Positions 62,844 to 64,000 of a DNA stretch of 64,000 bases are shown piece by piece. The notes beneath the pieces are model-generated. The model was not told where the DNA came from. It made no database searches and saw only the letters and a list, made by a program, of their open reading frames with translations. Both the position numbers and the translations under genes were made by a program. Source of the stretch: Terriglobia bacterium (GTDB lineage: Bacteria; Acidobacteriota; Polarisedimenticolia; Polarisedimenticolales; JAIQFR01); contig CAVVHE010000004.1 of the NCBI GenBank assembly GCA_963748015.1, positions 1,696,001 to 1,760,000 on the forward strand. Direction: 5' to 3'. Each line of letters opens with the position of its first letter. Within the stretch, counting starts at the first letter, position 1.

Positions 62844-63725
62844 CTAGGCGCGCTTGTTCGTTCGAGCGACCGCCTTCTCGACCGCGCGGCTGAGCCACGC
62901 CGAGAACTCGTCGGGAGGCATGAAGCCGCTCTCGCGCGCGACCTCGTGGCCCGCGGAGTCGAGAACGACGAGCGTCGGGTACCCTCGCACGTCGAAGCGG
63001 TCGGCGATGTCGGCGCCCGGCGGTCCCGAGCGGGGCTCGGTCCCCTCGCTGTCCACCCTGACCGCGACGATCTCCGACAGCTTCCCCGCCACCTCGGCGT
63101 CGCGGAACGTCTCGCGGTCCATCATCTTGCACGGGCCGCACCAGGTCGCGTAGAAGTCCACGAACACCGGCTTGCCCGTCGCCTTCGCGCGCTCGAGACC
63201 GGGACCGAAGTCGAGCCATTCGAGCCGGGCCGGGGTGGCTTCGGGCCGCTCGGTCCCGGCTGCCGGCTCCTCGTGGGGGACGGTCGCGGGCAGCCGGCGG
63301 ACCGCGGCGACGGCAACCGCGACGAACACGGCGATCGCGCCCAGCGTCGCCCAGCCGAGAACCCGTCCCGTGCGCTTCCAGGGACGCGCACCAGGGTCCA
63401 GACCGCGCCGCGGATTGCCGGTCGGCGGGCTGACCAGGAGAACCAGCGTCGCGACGGACCCGAAGAACAGGACGAAGTCCATCGAACCGCCGCGCACGGA
63501 CACGAGAACCGCTCCCGCGAACGACAGGAACAGGGCGAAGGCGGCGCCCGCCCAGCGCGCCCACCTCTGGCGCAGCACGAGCCCGGCGGCCAGGGCGATC
63601 CCGATCCAGGCGATGCCGAGGGCAAGGAGGCGCGCAGCGGCTCCCGGCCCCGGCGGCAACCCGGCCACCGACCAGATGGCGGATGCCACGAAGAAGATCG
63701 CGCCGAAGACGAGTCCGAAAGGCAC
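62844..63725 (-). CDS. Membrane-anchored thioredoxin-family protein
   Basis: N-terminal TM helices, then KPVFVDFYATWCGPCKMMD...VRGYPT. Confidence 0.85.
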   Translation of the reverse strand: MPFGLVFGAIFFVASAIWSVAGLPPGPGAAARLLALGIAWIGIALAAGLVLRQRWARWAGAAFALFLSFAGAVLVSVRGGSMDFVLFFGSVATLVLLVSPPTGNPRRGLDPGARPWKRTGRVLGWATLGAIAVFVAVAVAAVRRLPATVPHEEPAAGTERPEATPARLEWLDFGPGLERAKATGKPVFVDFYATWCGPCKMMDRETFRDAEVAGKLSEIVAVRVDSEGTEPRSGPPGADIADRFDVRGYPTLVVLDSAGHEVARESGFMPPDEFSAWLSRAVEKAVARTNKRA

Positions 63726-63888
63726 CCGGGAACCTCCCCCGAACGAAGCTACCTATCTACCGCAAGGGCCGCCGGGCCGCAAGGTCGGAGCGCGACGCGG
63801 ATCGGCTGTCCTGGATTCCTCGGGGGAGGGAACGAGAAGCGGGCCACGCGTCCAGCGACGCATGGCCCGCAGCGAAGTCGAAACCGCG

Positions 63889-63999
63889 TCAGACGGAAAG
63901 GCCGTCGTGACGATGCGCGATCGGGGCTGCCGCGGGATGCGCCGGCGGCTCCGGGGGCTCGGGGGGAGCGGGCGGGGCCAGGAGCTCCAGGTGGGCCCG
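63889..63999 (-). CDS. Possible 3' end of a gene entering from the right edge
   Basis: Manual translation RAHLELLAPPAPPEPPEPPAHPAAAPIAHRHDGLSV* with high GC3; too short to identify. Confidence 0.3.
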   Translation of the reverse strand, partial: RAHLELLAPPAPPEPPEPPAHPAAAPIAHRHDGLSV

Positions 64000-64000
64000 C

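Overview
High-GC Gram-negative bacterial chromosome segment; gene content and style suggest Acidobacteriota, but this is an inference. Most of it is housekeeping: pepT, a two-component pair, Kdo/LPS genes around pyrG, tat genes, a C-terminal protease, CIRCE-regulated groESL, transporters, speA, trmK, an EF-P-like gene, glgP, tRNA-Cys, a TPP-riboswitch uptake operon and a lone topoisomerase VI A subunit. About a dozen single-base indels, several in homopolymers, split otherwise intact genes, which points to an unpolished long-read assembly. The standout region is an accessory block at 38.3-47.5 kb. It holds two tandem Ser/Thr kinase-TolB-like propeller receptors, then a candidate RiPP-type system: a two-repeat precursor (conserved aromatic helix plus Cys-polyproline modules, apparently one gene broken at a C9 run), a radical SAM/SPASM enzyme and a secreted M64-like metallopeptidase. 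A second highlight is a small membrane protein with an in-frame TGA followed by a SECIS-like hairpin (candidate selenoprotein). All calls come from manual reading; no database searches were run.
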